DNA of 64,000 nt. It comes from Squalus acanthias (taxonomy: Eukaryota). Shown piece after piece: positions 35,861-47,429 of the stretch. Location of the stretch: assembly GCA_030390025.1 (NCBI GenBank), contig CM059425.1, forward strand, positions 177,570,001 through 177,634,000, read 5' to 3'. Both the position numbers and the translations under genes were made by a program. Below the pieces are notes generated by a model that saw only the letters and a list, made by a program, of their open reading frames with translations, did no database searches and was not told the origin of the DNA. Numbering within the stretch: the first letter of the stretch is position 1; the number at the start of each line of letters is the position of its first letter.

Positions 35861-36906
35861 ACTTGGGTCATTCCATTATTTTGATTCCAATGTCCAGATG
35901 CTCTGGAAGCAACCCTTTGCTTTATCAATAGGGCTTGTTTCTTGGTCAATAACCCATTCCCATTTCAAAGCCTGTGTTCACAGCTTTGTGTTAACAAACC
36001 ATCTTATCTCATAAGCCTGTATTCTCTGCTTGCAGCCTGTGTCTGCTAATGCTTATGTTCGTAGTATCATATATTTTTCTGAATCCTGGCTATTCCTTCA
36101 CATACTTATCTGTGTAAAATTAGTCAAAATATCCAGAAACATGACAACTTCCAATTGATAAAGTTCACATCAGCCTGGACTGCATTCAGATCCAGTTTCA
36201 GCATTAATGTTTGTTCCAGTTCACAAATATCACCTCAGGTCTAAACATAAGTGCTCTGGGATGTTTAACCATTATAACTGCTCTGTTTTCTAAATACAAG
36301 CATCCTGTTATGTTGCACAGAGAATACAATGCAGTGTAGTGTCCTAATACCGTTCTAATGCATGTAAAGCCCTCTATTCATAAATATCTAGTTCAGCATA
36401 AAGGCATGAAAAATTGTAAACAAGAGATTAACATCACAGTTCTGAATATTTGAACAGAGTTGACAATCTATGTGTTGACGCAGCCATGTTAAAAAAACAA
36501 TTTGTAGTCTTTTATCTACTTTAGATGATTTAATATTTGCTATGAGTCATTGGAATGGAGGTTAAATGAGAAGGACCCAGGACTGGCTACAAGTGACAGC
36601 ATCCCCGGCTGGAGCAGGAAGAAACTCTATCAAAATCTACAAAACTGGCAGGCTTCAGATCAGTTCAAGATGCTTTACTTCCTCTGAAAATAATTGTTTA
36701 GTCATGAACGTTATTAGCTGAGACATTAGAAAAGTTTCCTTGCCACATAGGCTTTTTTGCACCAACAACAAGAAATTGTTTTTATGTAATGCCCTTTAAA
36801 CTAGGAAAACATTTCAAGGCACTTCACAGAGGAACAAAGGAGCAGACACCCAGCCTTTGTGGGAAAGTTTAAAGAGGTGACGATATAGTTGATTTTGAAG
36901 GGAAAG

Positions 36907-37265
36907 AAAGAAAAAAAGACTTGCACTTATATAACGCCTTTCACGACCTCAGGACGTCCCAAAGTGCTTTATAGCCAACAAAATACTTTTGAAGTGTACT
37001 CATTGTTGTAATGTAGGAAATGTGGCAGCCTATTTGCGCACAGCAAGCTCCCACAAACAGCAATGTGATAATGACCAGATGATTTGTTTTTGTTATGTTG
37101 ATTGAGGGATAAATATTGGCTAGGACTCCCCTGCTCTTCTTCGAAATAGTGCCATGGGATCTTTTACGTTCACCTGAGAGGCCTTGATTTAACGTCTCAT
37201 CCAAAAGACACCACTTCCGACAATGTAACACTCCATCAGTACTGCAGTGGCGTGTTAGCCTAGAT
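36907..37265 (-). mobile_element. Deu-domain SINE (SacSINE1-like), 5'-truncated
   Basis: AATAGTGCCATGGGATCTTTTAC and TTTAACGTCTCATCC..AAGAC..CTCC.TCAGTACTGCA Deu-domain motifs; L2-type tail. Confidence 0.75.
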
Positions 37266-37618
37266 GAAAAAAGGCTAAAATGTTTTTGATCCTGGTGCAG
37301 GAAGTAGTGGAGATATTTCTCCAGTGTTTAGCTGATAACTTTAACTTATCATTTGTTACCTTCGAAAAAATATTGATGCATTGGAGAAGAATGGCAAGAA
37401 TGATTCTGGAATTTAGAGCACAAAGCTATGAAGAGGTGCACAAAGAATTGAACTGTTTTAATCACAGAAAAGAAGATTGAGGGAAGACATGATGCATGTA
37501 CTTAAAATCCTGAGAGGATTAGTTTAAGTAGGTGCAAATAAATTATTTAACTTGAATTGTGAGTTGAGAAGTAGAGAACATGTTTCCCAATAGACTCTGT
37601 CAATGTCTCTCCAAGAGG

Positions 37619-37963
37619 CACTGCAGCAACTCGCCAAGGCTTCTTCGGCAGCACCTCCCAAACCCGCGACCTCTTCCACCTAGAAGGACAAGGGCAGCAG
37701 GCGCATGGGAACACCACCAACTCCAAGTTCCCTCCAAGTCACACACCATCCTGACTTGAAAGTATATCGTTGTTCCTTCATCGTCGCTGGGTCAAAATCT
37801 TGGAACTCCCTCCCTAACAGCACTGTGGGAGTACCTTCAACACACGGACTGCAGCGGTTCAAGAAGGCGGCTCACCACCACCTTCTCAAGGGCAATTAGG
37901 GATGGGCAATAAATGCTGGCCTTGCCAGCGGCGCCCACACCCCATGAACTAATAAAAAAAAAA
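37619..37963 (+). mobile_element. 3' end of the poly(A) LINE family
   Basis: Reverse-complement match to the 3' ends of the 6093 and 23561 elements; AATAAA and A-tail. Confidence 0.88.
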
Positions 37964-38539
37964 TGAGGAGCCTTGCCTGATGGCAGCAATAATGGGAAAT
38001 TACAGACATACTCCTCCTGATTTTCTGTCCTTTCATTTTAACTAAAAATTACAAAATAAGAAAATTGCAGGGAATGTGGCTTCACCAGGTGGAATGGTTC
38101 TTTCAAGTGCAAGGTGCTCCTAATAGGCATTGTTGGTGGGTGAGGTTCCCACTGGTAGTATGTATTTGTAAAATCAGCCCTTAGGAGTACAAAATAAAAA
38201 GTACTCACCAAGACTTGGAATTAGAAGCTGCGGCCGAATGGAATACACTCTCACTTTTGAAACGGAACTGAAGAATGGTATGAAAGGTTGTAAGGACCAG
38301 TATAAATGTTATATAGAACATGATAGTTTTTGAACAGTCAGAACTATGGCCAGGGAAGGCAATAGTTTAAGGATACAGGTCGTAAAGTCAAGTAGGTATT
38401 CTGGAGTTTTGCTGGATTTACTTTTAGGGAATACTGAAATAATTTACAGAACTTTTCCTCAGGAGATTAAATAGGTCCGATGGGGTCCAGATTGTACACG
38501 GTATTGAAAAGAATGGACTTCATAGGCACCAAAGTATGA

Positions 38540-38893
38540 ATTCTCATCCCTGTATTCAAATCATTCCATGACCTCAACTCTTCCTATCTCCTCCAGCCCT
38601 ACAACCCTCTGAGATCTCTGTGCTCCTCCAATTCTGGCCCCTTGCGCATCCCCGATTTCCATCGCCCCATCATTGGCGGCCGTGCCTTCATCTGCCTAGG
38701 TCCCTAGCACTGGAATTCCCTTCCTAAACCTCTCCACCTCTCTACCTCTCTTTCCTCCTTTAAGACGCTCCTTAAAACCTTTTGCTCACCTGTCCTAATA
38801 TCTTCTTATGTGGCTCATTGTCAAATTTTGTTTAATAATCGCTCCTGTGAAGCACCTTGGGATGTTTTACTACGTTAAATGCATGTTGTTGTT
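38540..38893 (+). mobile_element. L2 LINE 3' end
   Basis: GGCCGTGCCTTC..CTGGAATTCCCTTCC..TTTAAGACGCTCCTTAAAAC; TGTGAAGCACCTTGGG tail; (TGT)n. Confidence 0.7.
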
Positions 38894-39840
38894 ATTTTTG
38901 ATGTCTGGTGTAGAAAATGGAGATGTTATGATACAGCAGTTTGGGGTGTTTTTCTGAGGTTGTGAGTAAAATCTGCATATTTGAAATAATTTTTTTCTGG
39001 GTGATGAGGAGGCAAAGTACATCATCCGGTGAAAATATATTTCCAATGTGCACTGGTGACAGGTGAGATCGAGCCATTTATGCATACTTGGAAAAATTAG
39101 ACCATTGGGTGAATATTTCCACTGTGCACTTTGTGTAATGAAATCCGAAGCCCGGGCTTTATAAGCATGATTACAATTTTGCCACTCTTACTTTGTTATA
39201 TTTTTTGGAGGGTTTTATTGTGCTAACCAAGGTGAGGGAAGTCAATGTTATGTAATGGATCATTTTCTAAAATCCTCAATCAGAAGCAAGTTGCTGTCAT
39301 AATCTTCTCTACCAGTAGGTGTCAGGTGTACACTTTGGGGGAAAAATTCGGTTGGTTTGCGCCTCCCGTTAGCGCCTTAAGAGGGCGCTAATGGGGCGCA
39401 AAGCAACTAGCGCCTGGGCGCGGCGATGTCTGCGCCGCTCACGAAATTGACCAGACATTTTGTGGCGGCGCTAAACACTACCGCCCCGATCTCCTGCGCC
39501 CGCAGACCGTGACGTCAGTGGAGCGTGCAACGCCCTTGTGGCGCCCCTGACCGGATATTGAGTGGCACCCCTCTCCTTTCCGCCTGGCGCAAGCAACAAC
39601 AGGGAGACTGGAACATTTCCCAGTCGGTGAGGGGCTGGGGGGGCGCTATTTAAAGGCGGCCTCTTCCTGGCTTTTTCTGTGGTAGACATTTTTGCACCAC
39701 TCATTCTGACAGAGAGAGAGATTCTGAGAGAGAGGAGAGACTTCTGCATAGAGTCAATGCTGTGTGAAGTAGTTTTGGCTACTGAGCATCACTGCAGGAA
39801 CTTTTGGATTTGACCTTCATTACTTCGATTACCTAGAGAT

Positions 39841-40973
39841 TGAGGGGGCTGCACTGATTCGGGACGTCGTCCTGCGCCTGCAGAATCGGAGGCAACAGAG
39901 ACGCAGAGAGAGAGTGGCAATCATGGCCAGACGGAGGAGGGCCAACAAGCCTCTGTACAGGAGACCTTACCCTCCCAGGGTATTTCGGCAACAATTCTCC
40001 TACATTAATTTGTCTGAGGAGCAGTGTTTACGCAGGCTGCGCTTCAGCAAGGAGGTGGTCACTTAGCTCTGCCACCTGCTGCAGCCAGATCTGCAGCCTC
40101 AACTGAGGACCAGGACGTCTCTGTCGGTGGCAGTGAAGGTCACAGTGGCTCTGAACTTTTATGCCACCGGCTCCTTTCAAGCAGCTACTGGGGACATCGC
40201 CAATATCTCCCAGTTCGCGGTCCATTGCTGTATCCGTCAGGTCACAAATGCCCTCTATAAAAGGAGACGCCAGTACATCTCTTTCCCGTTGACCCAGGCC
40301 AAACAGCATGAACGCGCATTGGGCTTTGCGAGGATAGTGGGCTTCCCCATGGTGCAGGGCGCCATTGACTGCATGCATGTGGCATTGCGGGCACCGCATG
40401 AAAATGCAGAGGATTTCTGCAACCGAATGGGATTCCACTCCTTAAACGTTCAGTTGGTCTCCTGGCAGCAGCCACGATGCTTTCATCCTACGCCAGACTG
40501 CTGTGCCAGAACTTTTCCAGGCACCGCATCAGCCAAGTGGTTGGCTCCTCGGGGACAAGGGTTATCCACTGTGCACCTGGCTGATGACACCGCTCCGTAA
40601 CCCCAACACTCCTGCTGAGCTGCGGTACAACGAGAGCCATCTCGTCACCAGGAACATCGTTGAGCAGACGATCGGCATGCTCAAGCAACGGTTCCGCTGT
40701 CTGGACCACTCAGGAGGAGCCCTGCAGTACTCGCCTGAGCGAGTCTCCCTCTTCATAGTTGTGTGCTGCATGCTGCATAACCTGGCAATCCTCAGGACCC
40801 AGCCAATGCCACCAGGCCTTGGAGCACCACCGGAGGAGGAGGAGGAAGAGGAGGAGGAGGATGAGGGGGATGATCAGCAGCAGCACCAAGGCGGGAGGGA
40901 GGCCCACAATGTTGAAACTGCAAGGGCTCGTCCGTCATCGGCTGATAACAAGCTGCTTCTAGGCCCCTACTGA
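39841..40973 (+). pseudogene. HARBI1-like transposase pseudogene
   Basis: [48 protein letters not shown]; one stop and a deletion near 40460. Confidence 0.92.
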
Positions 40974-41273
40974 GGAAATGGCTTCTGGCATGGAGAACAA
41001 CATGAATGAAAGCAACCCGCAACCCCTAAGCCGACCAAGGCAGCAATGATTCCAAAGGCCAAACCTGTACATTTTGAATACAAAATCTTTTTTATTTTAC
41101 AAACTCTGTGTGTGTCATTTCTTCACGACAAACTAATAGAAACAAACACAAAAAATCATTCATTGACATAACTGGTTCTCACAACCTGGAGATAATGTCC
41201 AAAACACGAAACAAACGTTTGAACACGAACCTCGGCCTTAAATAAAAAATTGACCAACATTTCGTCACACCTC

Positions 41274-41985
41274 CTACTTTTTGCCCTTCGAGGGTGATCT
41301 CCTTCCCTTGCACACTTCCCCCCTTCCCACCCTACTGCTCCTCCGTAATGGGGCCCCAGTGGCTGCAGCAAGGCTGGTGGAAGGCTGCTGATTGTCAGAA
41401 CCTGAGACTGCAGATGCCCTTGAAGGACGGCCTCGACCAGCTCTGGGCCTGGAGGGCCCGGCTGCAGACTGCACCAACTCTGCATGGGCGGCAGCAGTCT
41501 GGGCTACAGGTGGTGGCAAATGCAATGGGGAAGTGACAGTGGTGGCAGCAGGAATGCTGTCATCTTGAGAGAGGACAGCAACTCCCTGCTCGACCGACAC
41601 ACTGGCACTCCCACGGGGCAGCACATCAGCAACCGGCGCAATCTGCTGGAGCACAGGTTGCTGGCCTGCTGCGGCGCGGTGAGAGCCCCGGGGAAATGTG
41701 TCCGAACCAGCGACAATGGCAGCAGTCAGTGCTTGCGTGACCTCAATCTGAGTCTGCATGAGAGCAGTCTGAGATGGGATCATGGCAGCCAGTATGGGTC
41801 ATGGGCACCATGCTCCTGGAGGAGACGTGCTGAGCCACCTCCCTCCACACTCTTCTGTAGTCGCGTGGCAAAGGCCTCCTGCCACTCTCAGGGTAGAGTA
41901 TAGATCTTCTGCGCTCCACCGCGTCAACCAGAGCCTCCAAGGCCCGCTCGCTGAAGCGTTGAGCTCGTTCTCTCTCCCTCTCCAT
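41274..41985 (-). pseudogene. Harbinger Myb/SANT gene with large internal deletion
   Basis: MERERERAQRFSERALEALVDAVERRRSILY..VWREVA joined to the C-terminal region ending LRRSSRVGRG. Confidence 0.8.
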
Positions 41986-42914
41986 AGTCCTTGGCTGGAA
42001 AATGTAGTCACAGGTCTCTCCAGGCCGAGATTCAAGGCTCCAATGAGCAGGGTGTGGCTGGAGAGCAAGATCGACCCTCCCCTTTAAGAACTGTCCGGCG
42101 CCAGTGTGTCTGTGTTCCATCGCTAACTGACATCACCTGCGCTGCGCCCGCGCTCTGACTTAGCGCCTCGCTCCTTGGCCTTTGCACCATAAGACAGGTG
42201 TGCAGCGCCTGATTTAGCGCTCCAATCACCTCCAGGGGCGATAAAAGCCAAGTTTGCAGTCGGAGGCGATAATTAGCGCCAGGTGCTAAACTTTGCGCCC
42301 GGCCGATAATCGCGCCCCAAACGGGGCGATACTGAATTTCTCCCCCTTTATATTATAATAATAATTATTAATACTATTTTCTCTCTTCTTGGTCTCTTGT
42401 ACCAGACTATTCCCACCTGAAAGAATAAGGAGGCAATCTACACCTTGAATGCTTCTAATGGTCCAAAATGGGACAGGAATGAGATTGGAGCACATAGGGG
42501 TAGGACCATGCCTGGAGCTCTGAAGTACCTGATTCCTAAGTGAGATAAAGGGTATTGTTTGAGTTCTGTGTAATAGTGGGTAGTGTGAGTACAGGGGAGC
42601 TTTTAGGTCCTGTGCAATGGTGATGCTCCACGGCCCATTCTCAGGGAGCTGATTTGCTCTCATTGGTTGATGTACTGCCTGCGGTCAGCCTGTAATTTTG
42701 CTGGCATCAGTCACTCTGTCCTCACCCCCAGGGAAAGTTGGAGTTTCCTATCCATTTTGTTGTTGTGCTCTGGCACCAAGCTACTCTTCCCCATCCACGG
42801 AACTTGGGCTCGGTGTCAGCCATCGTCACTCTGCAGTCTCAGCCCTTATAGTACTAACCGCTTTCTCCTCATTCTCCAGTAATGTCAGCAGTTTTATTTT
42901 TAATACTGTATCTT

Positions 42915-43220
42915 CTTCCAAGGCCCCCTCCCATCCTCTCCCTCTCTCATCCCTTTTCTCCATTACTCTCTCTCCTTTGCTCCCTCCCTTCTCCTACCCC
43001 TCTCCTCTCTCCCATCCCCGTCCTCTCTCTCCCCAAGCCATCTTATACAAGCTCTCTTTCCACTCCCTCTCCTCCTTCCCGTCTTCTCTCTCCTCCCCGA
43101 TCTCCCCTTTGTCTGCCATCTCTGTTCCCCCTCCCTCCCTTCTCCCTGTCCCTTGCTCCCTCCCCTGTGTTCCCTCTTTTCTCCTCCACCCTTCTTATTT
43201 CCCACCCCTTTCTCCCTCAA
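42915..43220. repeat. Polypyrimidine low-complexity tract
   Basis: Strongly C/T-biased + strand. Confidence 0.8.
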
Positions 43221-43319
43221 TCTGGGCTTATAATGCTGATATCAGTGTTTCAAGCAGTGTGGCTGCTTCCTCCAGGTGCCAACTCCGCTTTGTTATCCTC
43301 AGTGGCCTTCATTTATCTT

Positions 43320-43583
43320 CACCCTGCTCTACCTTCCCACCACCCTGCTCTACCTTCCCACCACCCTGCTCTACCTTCCCACCACCCTGCTCTACCTTCC
43401 CACCACCCTGCTCGACCTTCCCACCACCCTGCTCTACCTTCCCACCACCCTGCTCTACCTTCCCACCACCCTGCTCTACCTTCCCACCACCCTGCTCTAC
43501 CTTCCCACCACCCTGCTCTACCTTCCCACCACCCTGCTCGACCTTCCCACCACCCTGCTCGACCTTCCCACCACCCTGCTCTA
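43320..43583. repeat. 21-bp minisatellite, about 12.5 copies
   Basis: Unit CACCCTGCTCTACCTTCCCAC; T>G variant in units 5, 11 and 12. Confidence 0.95.
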
Positions 43584-44069
43584 ACTTGCCCTTACTCCAG
43601 TCTATCTTCCCCCTTTCTCACCCCGCTAGAACCTTCTGACCTCCAGTGTCGCACACCTGCCTGCCTGCTTTCAATTATGCCTCCGCCCTCTAACCTCACT
43701 CGGCCTGAAGACTTTAGTTCTTAAGACCCTGTGTGTAATGCCATTGTTGATCGACTAGCAATATATTAAAAATTTTATGTCTGTACGCACTTCCTGTCAA
43801 GTTTTCACATCTTAAATTCCTAAGTACGGGAGGGTATAATTACAGCGTGAGTAATGTATAGAGGAAGTTTCTGTTATAAATGTGGACATAAAAATTTATA
43901 GTGGAAAAGGTTGACAAGAAGTGCATGCAGACATAGGATTTTTAGCATGTTGCAGATAATAATATCAAATTAAAAATTACATAAAATTAAGGACAGAAGC
44001 TATGACTTTCAAATGACTTACTTCTGCATCCACTGTTTCAATCATCCCCCATCCTCTAACCCTGCTTCA

Positions 44070-44240
44070 CCAAAAACAGATTAACTGGTCAATTATCTCT
44101 GCTGTTTGGCAGACCTCACTGCGCACAAATTGGTCTACATAACAACAGTGACTACACTTCAAAAAGTAATTCACTGGCCGTGAAGTGCTTTGGGAAATTG
44201 TGACAATGTGAAAGGCGCTATATGAAATGTAAGTTTGTTT
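44070..44240 (+). mobile_element. 3' part of SacSINE1-like SINE
   Basis: Reverse-complement similarity to 36910-37095 (GCGCACAAATTGG, CACTTCAAAA, TGAAAGGCGCTATAT). Confidence 0.65.
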
Positions 44241-44810
44241 GTCCTTGCTTCAGAACATAGTGGGATGGGTACTGCCATTTGACAAGAACTCCTGAGATCA
44301 GTATTATTTAAGTGTGGAACTATTATGGGTGATTCTTTCAATTAGATCATGTTTGGTAAACTTGTTTTTCTTGTTTGTTCACCAAATACAGGAACGTGGG
44401 GAACTTTGCCCAACGCCAGCGCATATTGGAAAATTATGGCTGCGCTGCCAGCGATTTTCCGATATAAGGTGGCAGCAGCTGCGATTCCCTGCCATCCGCG
44501 CATATTCAGAAAATGACCCACGAGACTTTCCAATTAGTATTATGCATTAGGGAAGATATAAGCCCCAATTTTGACTCAAGATGGGAATCCTGCGGGTGGG
44601 GCAGCAGGGCAGGGCGGGCGGCAAGCTCCATGGCGTTGTTGGTGAGAAGCACGGTCCATTGAAACTCCTGGGCCTCAATAACATTTGAAGGACAGGCTGC
44701 CCTCCCAATCGCCTGCAGAATCGGGCAGCCTGCCCACGTGTTCTGTGCAGTTGTTGGCGCATTTCCCGACTGTACTGAAAGTGGGGTTGCATCCCTTACT
44801 GTACAACTGT

Positions 44811-44935
44811 GGAACATAGGAACATATGAACAACAGTAGACCATTCAACCCCTCAAGCCTTTTCTGCCATTCAGTTAGATCATGGCTGATATGCACCACA
44901 ACTCCATTTACCCATATCCCTTGATACCCTTATCT
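44811..44935 (-). mobile_element. CR1/SINE 3' tail fragment
   Basis: GGAACATAGGAACAT..CCATTC..AGATCATGGCTGAT. Confidence 0.65.
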
Positions 44936-45458
44936 CTCTCAGGAGATCAAATAAGTTGAGGAGAATCCATGACAAGACACAATGTAAGTCTGTGAAAGAG
45001 ATTATGGCAGAGCAACTCTTTTGTGCAGAAAAGTGGTCTAGTCAGTGGGGCCAAAGTAGCAATAATGTGGCGGGTTTGCACATCTGAAATAAATTTCAAA
45101 TCAGAGTAGCAGTAGAGAAACTAGGCAAGTAGAGGCAGTCCATCGCCGTAATGATAAAACACATGGCTGGTTTAATAAACAAAAATAAATAACCCCCTTG
45201 TATGTAATTATTTATAAAAATTTACCTCAGATAAAGTCCAAAAGTTAATGACGTAAATTGTTTTAACATTTTAAGACTTCTTCGCTGCAGACATGAGTCG
45301 AAGGTCTGTCCGCCCACTTTTCTGATGTCTCCCTGGAGGTCCTAGTGGAGGAAGTGAGGGCCAGGAGGCAGGTTATCTTTCCCAGTACCTGCAGTAGTAT
45401 CCCCAAGGCTACTGTCAAGCAGGTTTGAATAGAGCTGACTGATAGGGTCAGTGCCAGC

Positions 45459-46614
45459 AGAATCATAGAAAACATAGAAAAATAGGAGCAGGAATAGGCC
45501 ATTCGGCCCTTCGAGCCATTCAATATGATCATGGCTGATCCTCTATCTCAACACCATATTCCCGCTCTCTCCCCATACCCCTTGATGCCTTTTGTGTCTA
45601 GAAATCTATCTATCTCCTTCTTAAATATATTCAGTGACTTGGCCTCTACAACCTTCTGTGGTAGAGAATTCCACAGGTTCACCACCCTCTGAGTGAAGAA
45701 ATTTCTCCTCATCTCAGTCCTAAATGTCCTACCCCATATCCTGAGACTGTGACCCCTCGTTCTAGGCCCCCCAGCCAGGGGAAACATCCTCCCTGCATCC
45801 AGTCTGTCTAGCCCTGTCAGAATTTTATACGTTTCAATGAGATCCCCTCTCATTCTTCTAAACTCTAGTGAATACAGGCCTAGTTGACCCAATCTCTCCT
45901 CATATGACAGTCCTGCCATCCCAGGAATCAGTTTGGTGAACATTTGCTGCACTCCCTCTATGGCAATTATATCCTTTCTTAGGTAAGGAGACCCAAACTG
46001 CACACAGTACTCCAGGTGTGGTCTCACCAAGGCCCTGTACAACTGTAGTAAGACATCCTTGCTCCTGTACTCAAATCCTCTTGCAATGAAGGCCAACATA
46101 CCATTTGCCTTCCTAACTGCTTGCTGCACCTGCATGTTTGCTTTCAGTGACTGGTGTACAAGGACACCCAGGTCCCTTTGTACATCAGCATTTCCCAATC
46201 TATCACCATTTAAATAATACTCTACCTTTCTGTTTTTCCTACCGAAGTGGATAACTTCACATTTATCCACATTATACTGCATCTGCCATGTATTTGCCCA
46301 CTCACTCAATTGTCTAAATCGCCTTGAAGCCTCTTTGCATCCTCCTCAAAACTCACAATCCCACCTAGTTTTGTGTCGTCAGCAAACTTGGAAATATTAC
46401 ATTTGGTTCCCTCATCTAAATCATTGATATATATTGTGAATAGCTGGGTCTCAAGCACTGATCCCTGCGGTACCCCACTGGTCACCGCCTGCCACCCCGA
46501 AAAAGACCCATTTATTCCTACTCTCTGTTTCGTAACTAATTTTCAATCTATGCCAGTATATTACCCCCACTCCCATGTGCTTTAATTTTGCACACTAACC
46601 TCTTATGTGGGACT
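45459..46614 (-). mobile_element. 5'-truncated CR1 LINE
   Basis: RT C-terminus (RPHLEYCVQF, RMRGDLIE) and 3' tail. Confidence 0.92.
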
Positions 46615-47429
46615 TCACTTCACATCACACACTTCCCTGTACATTCAGCACCTCCCCATTCTCATTCCATCACCTCCAGGACTTGGGTTCAATGTAGAAA
46701 GAGGTTTAATTACCTCACAAGACCAGCAAAAGTGAGTTCAACTTTTCATCTCTCCATCTCTCTCATCAACACCTGACAACAGACCTCTTACCCCCTCTCC
46801 CACCAATCTCAACCATTACCTCCCGTCCATCACATCTTTCAACATACAATCACAAGGCCACACTAAAACACCTCTCTTTCTCACTCCAAATGCACACTCA
46901 CCTCTTCCTTTCCTCTCATCACATCACACACAAGCACCATTCTCTTCTCATGTACTATTACTTGCCCAACTATCAATTACTCCCACCATTCCTTGCTCAC
47001 TTCACATCACACACTTCCCTGTACATTCAGCACCTCCCCATTCTCATTCCATCTTGCTTCTTCTAAACCTCTCGCCACATCCACTATATGCACAAGCCCC
47101 ACACATCTCCACTCACCTTCTCAACATACACTCACTGTCGGGAATTTTTACCATGGAGTCGGGTTGGGTGCAGTGGGCCGCGTAGCAGGTCAGGAACGCG
47201 ATGTTTCGCTCAGCGCGTTGTTCAGAGCGACTATAACTCAATGGCCCCACTTAAAGCAGTCATGCGCGTTTCCCAGCCCAATTAAATGGAGCAGGTCTGA
47301 TGACGTTATTGATGACTCATTTCCAGCGCTGATATTTAAAGCAGCCTTGCACACAACTCATTTGAAGGTTGCTAAAGGAGTGTGCAAGGTCAATTACAAA
47401 TGTTCGAGTACTGTCCCAAACGTTAAAAG

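Larger units (their letters stand above)
29873..36102 (-). mobile_element. Solo LTR (about 1.6 kb net) with three nested insertions
   Basis: TGAAGGGA...TTCCTTCACA, 4-bp TSD TACT (29869-29872, 36103-36106); aligns with 17347-19662. Confidence 0.85.
39337..42346. mobile_element. PIF/Harbinger transposon, internally deleted two-gene copy
   Basis: TIRs GGGGGAAAAATTCGGT / ACTGAATTTCTCCCCC; TSD TTT. Confidence 0.92.

Noticed and set aside
43320..43583. CRISPR-like array
   Set aside because: Head-to-tail repeats with no unique spacers; eukaryotic context
42698..43724. Long Pro/Ser/His-rich ORFs (313 and 280 aa)
   Set aside because: Produced by stop-poor C/T sequence and a 21-bp repeat that is open in all three + frames
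44398..44790. Two small GC-rich MITE-like segments
   Set aside because: Only degenerate inverted ends and no convincing TSD
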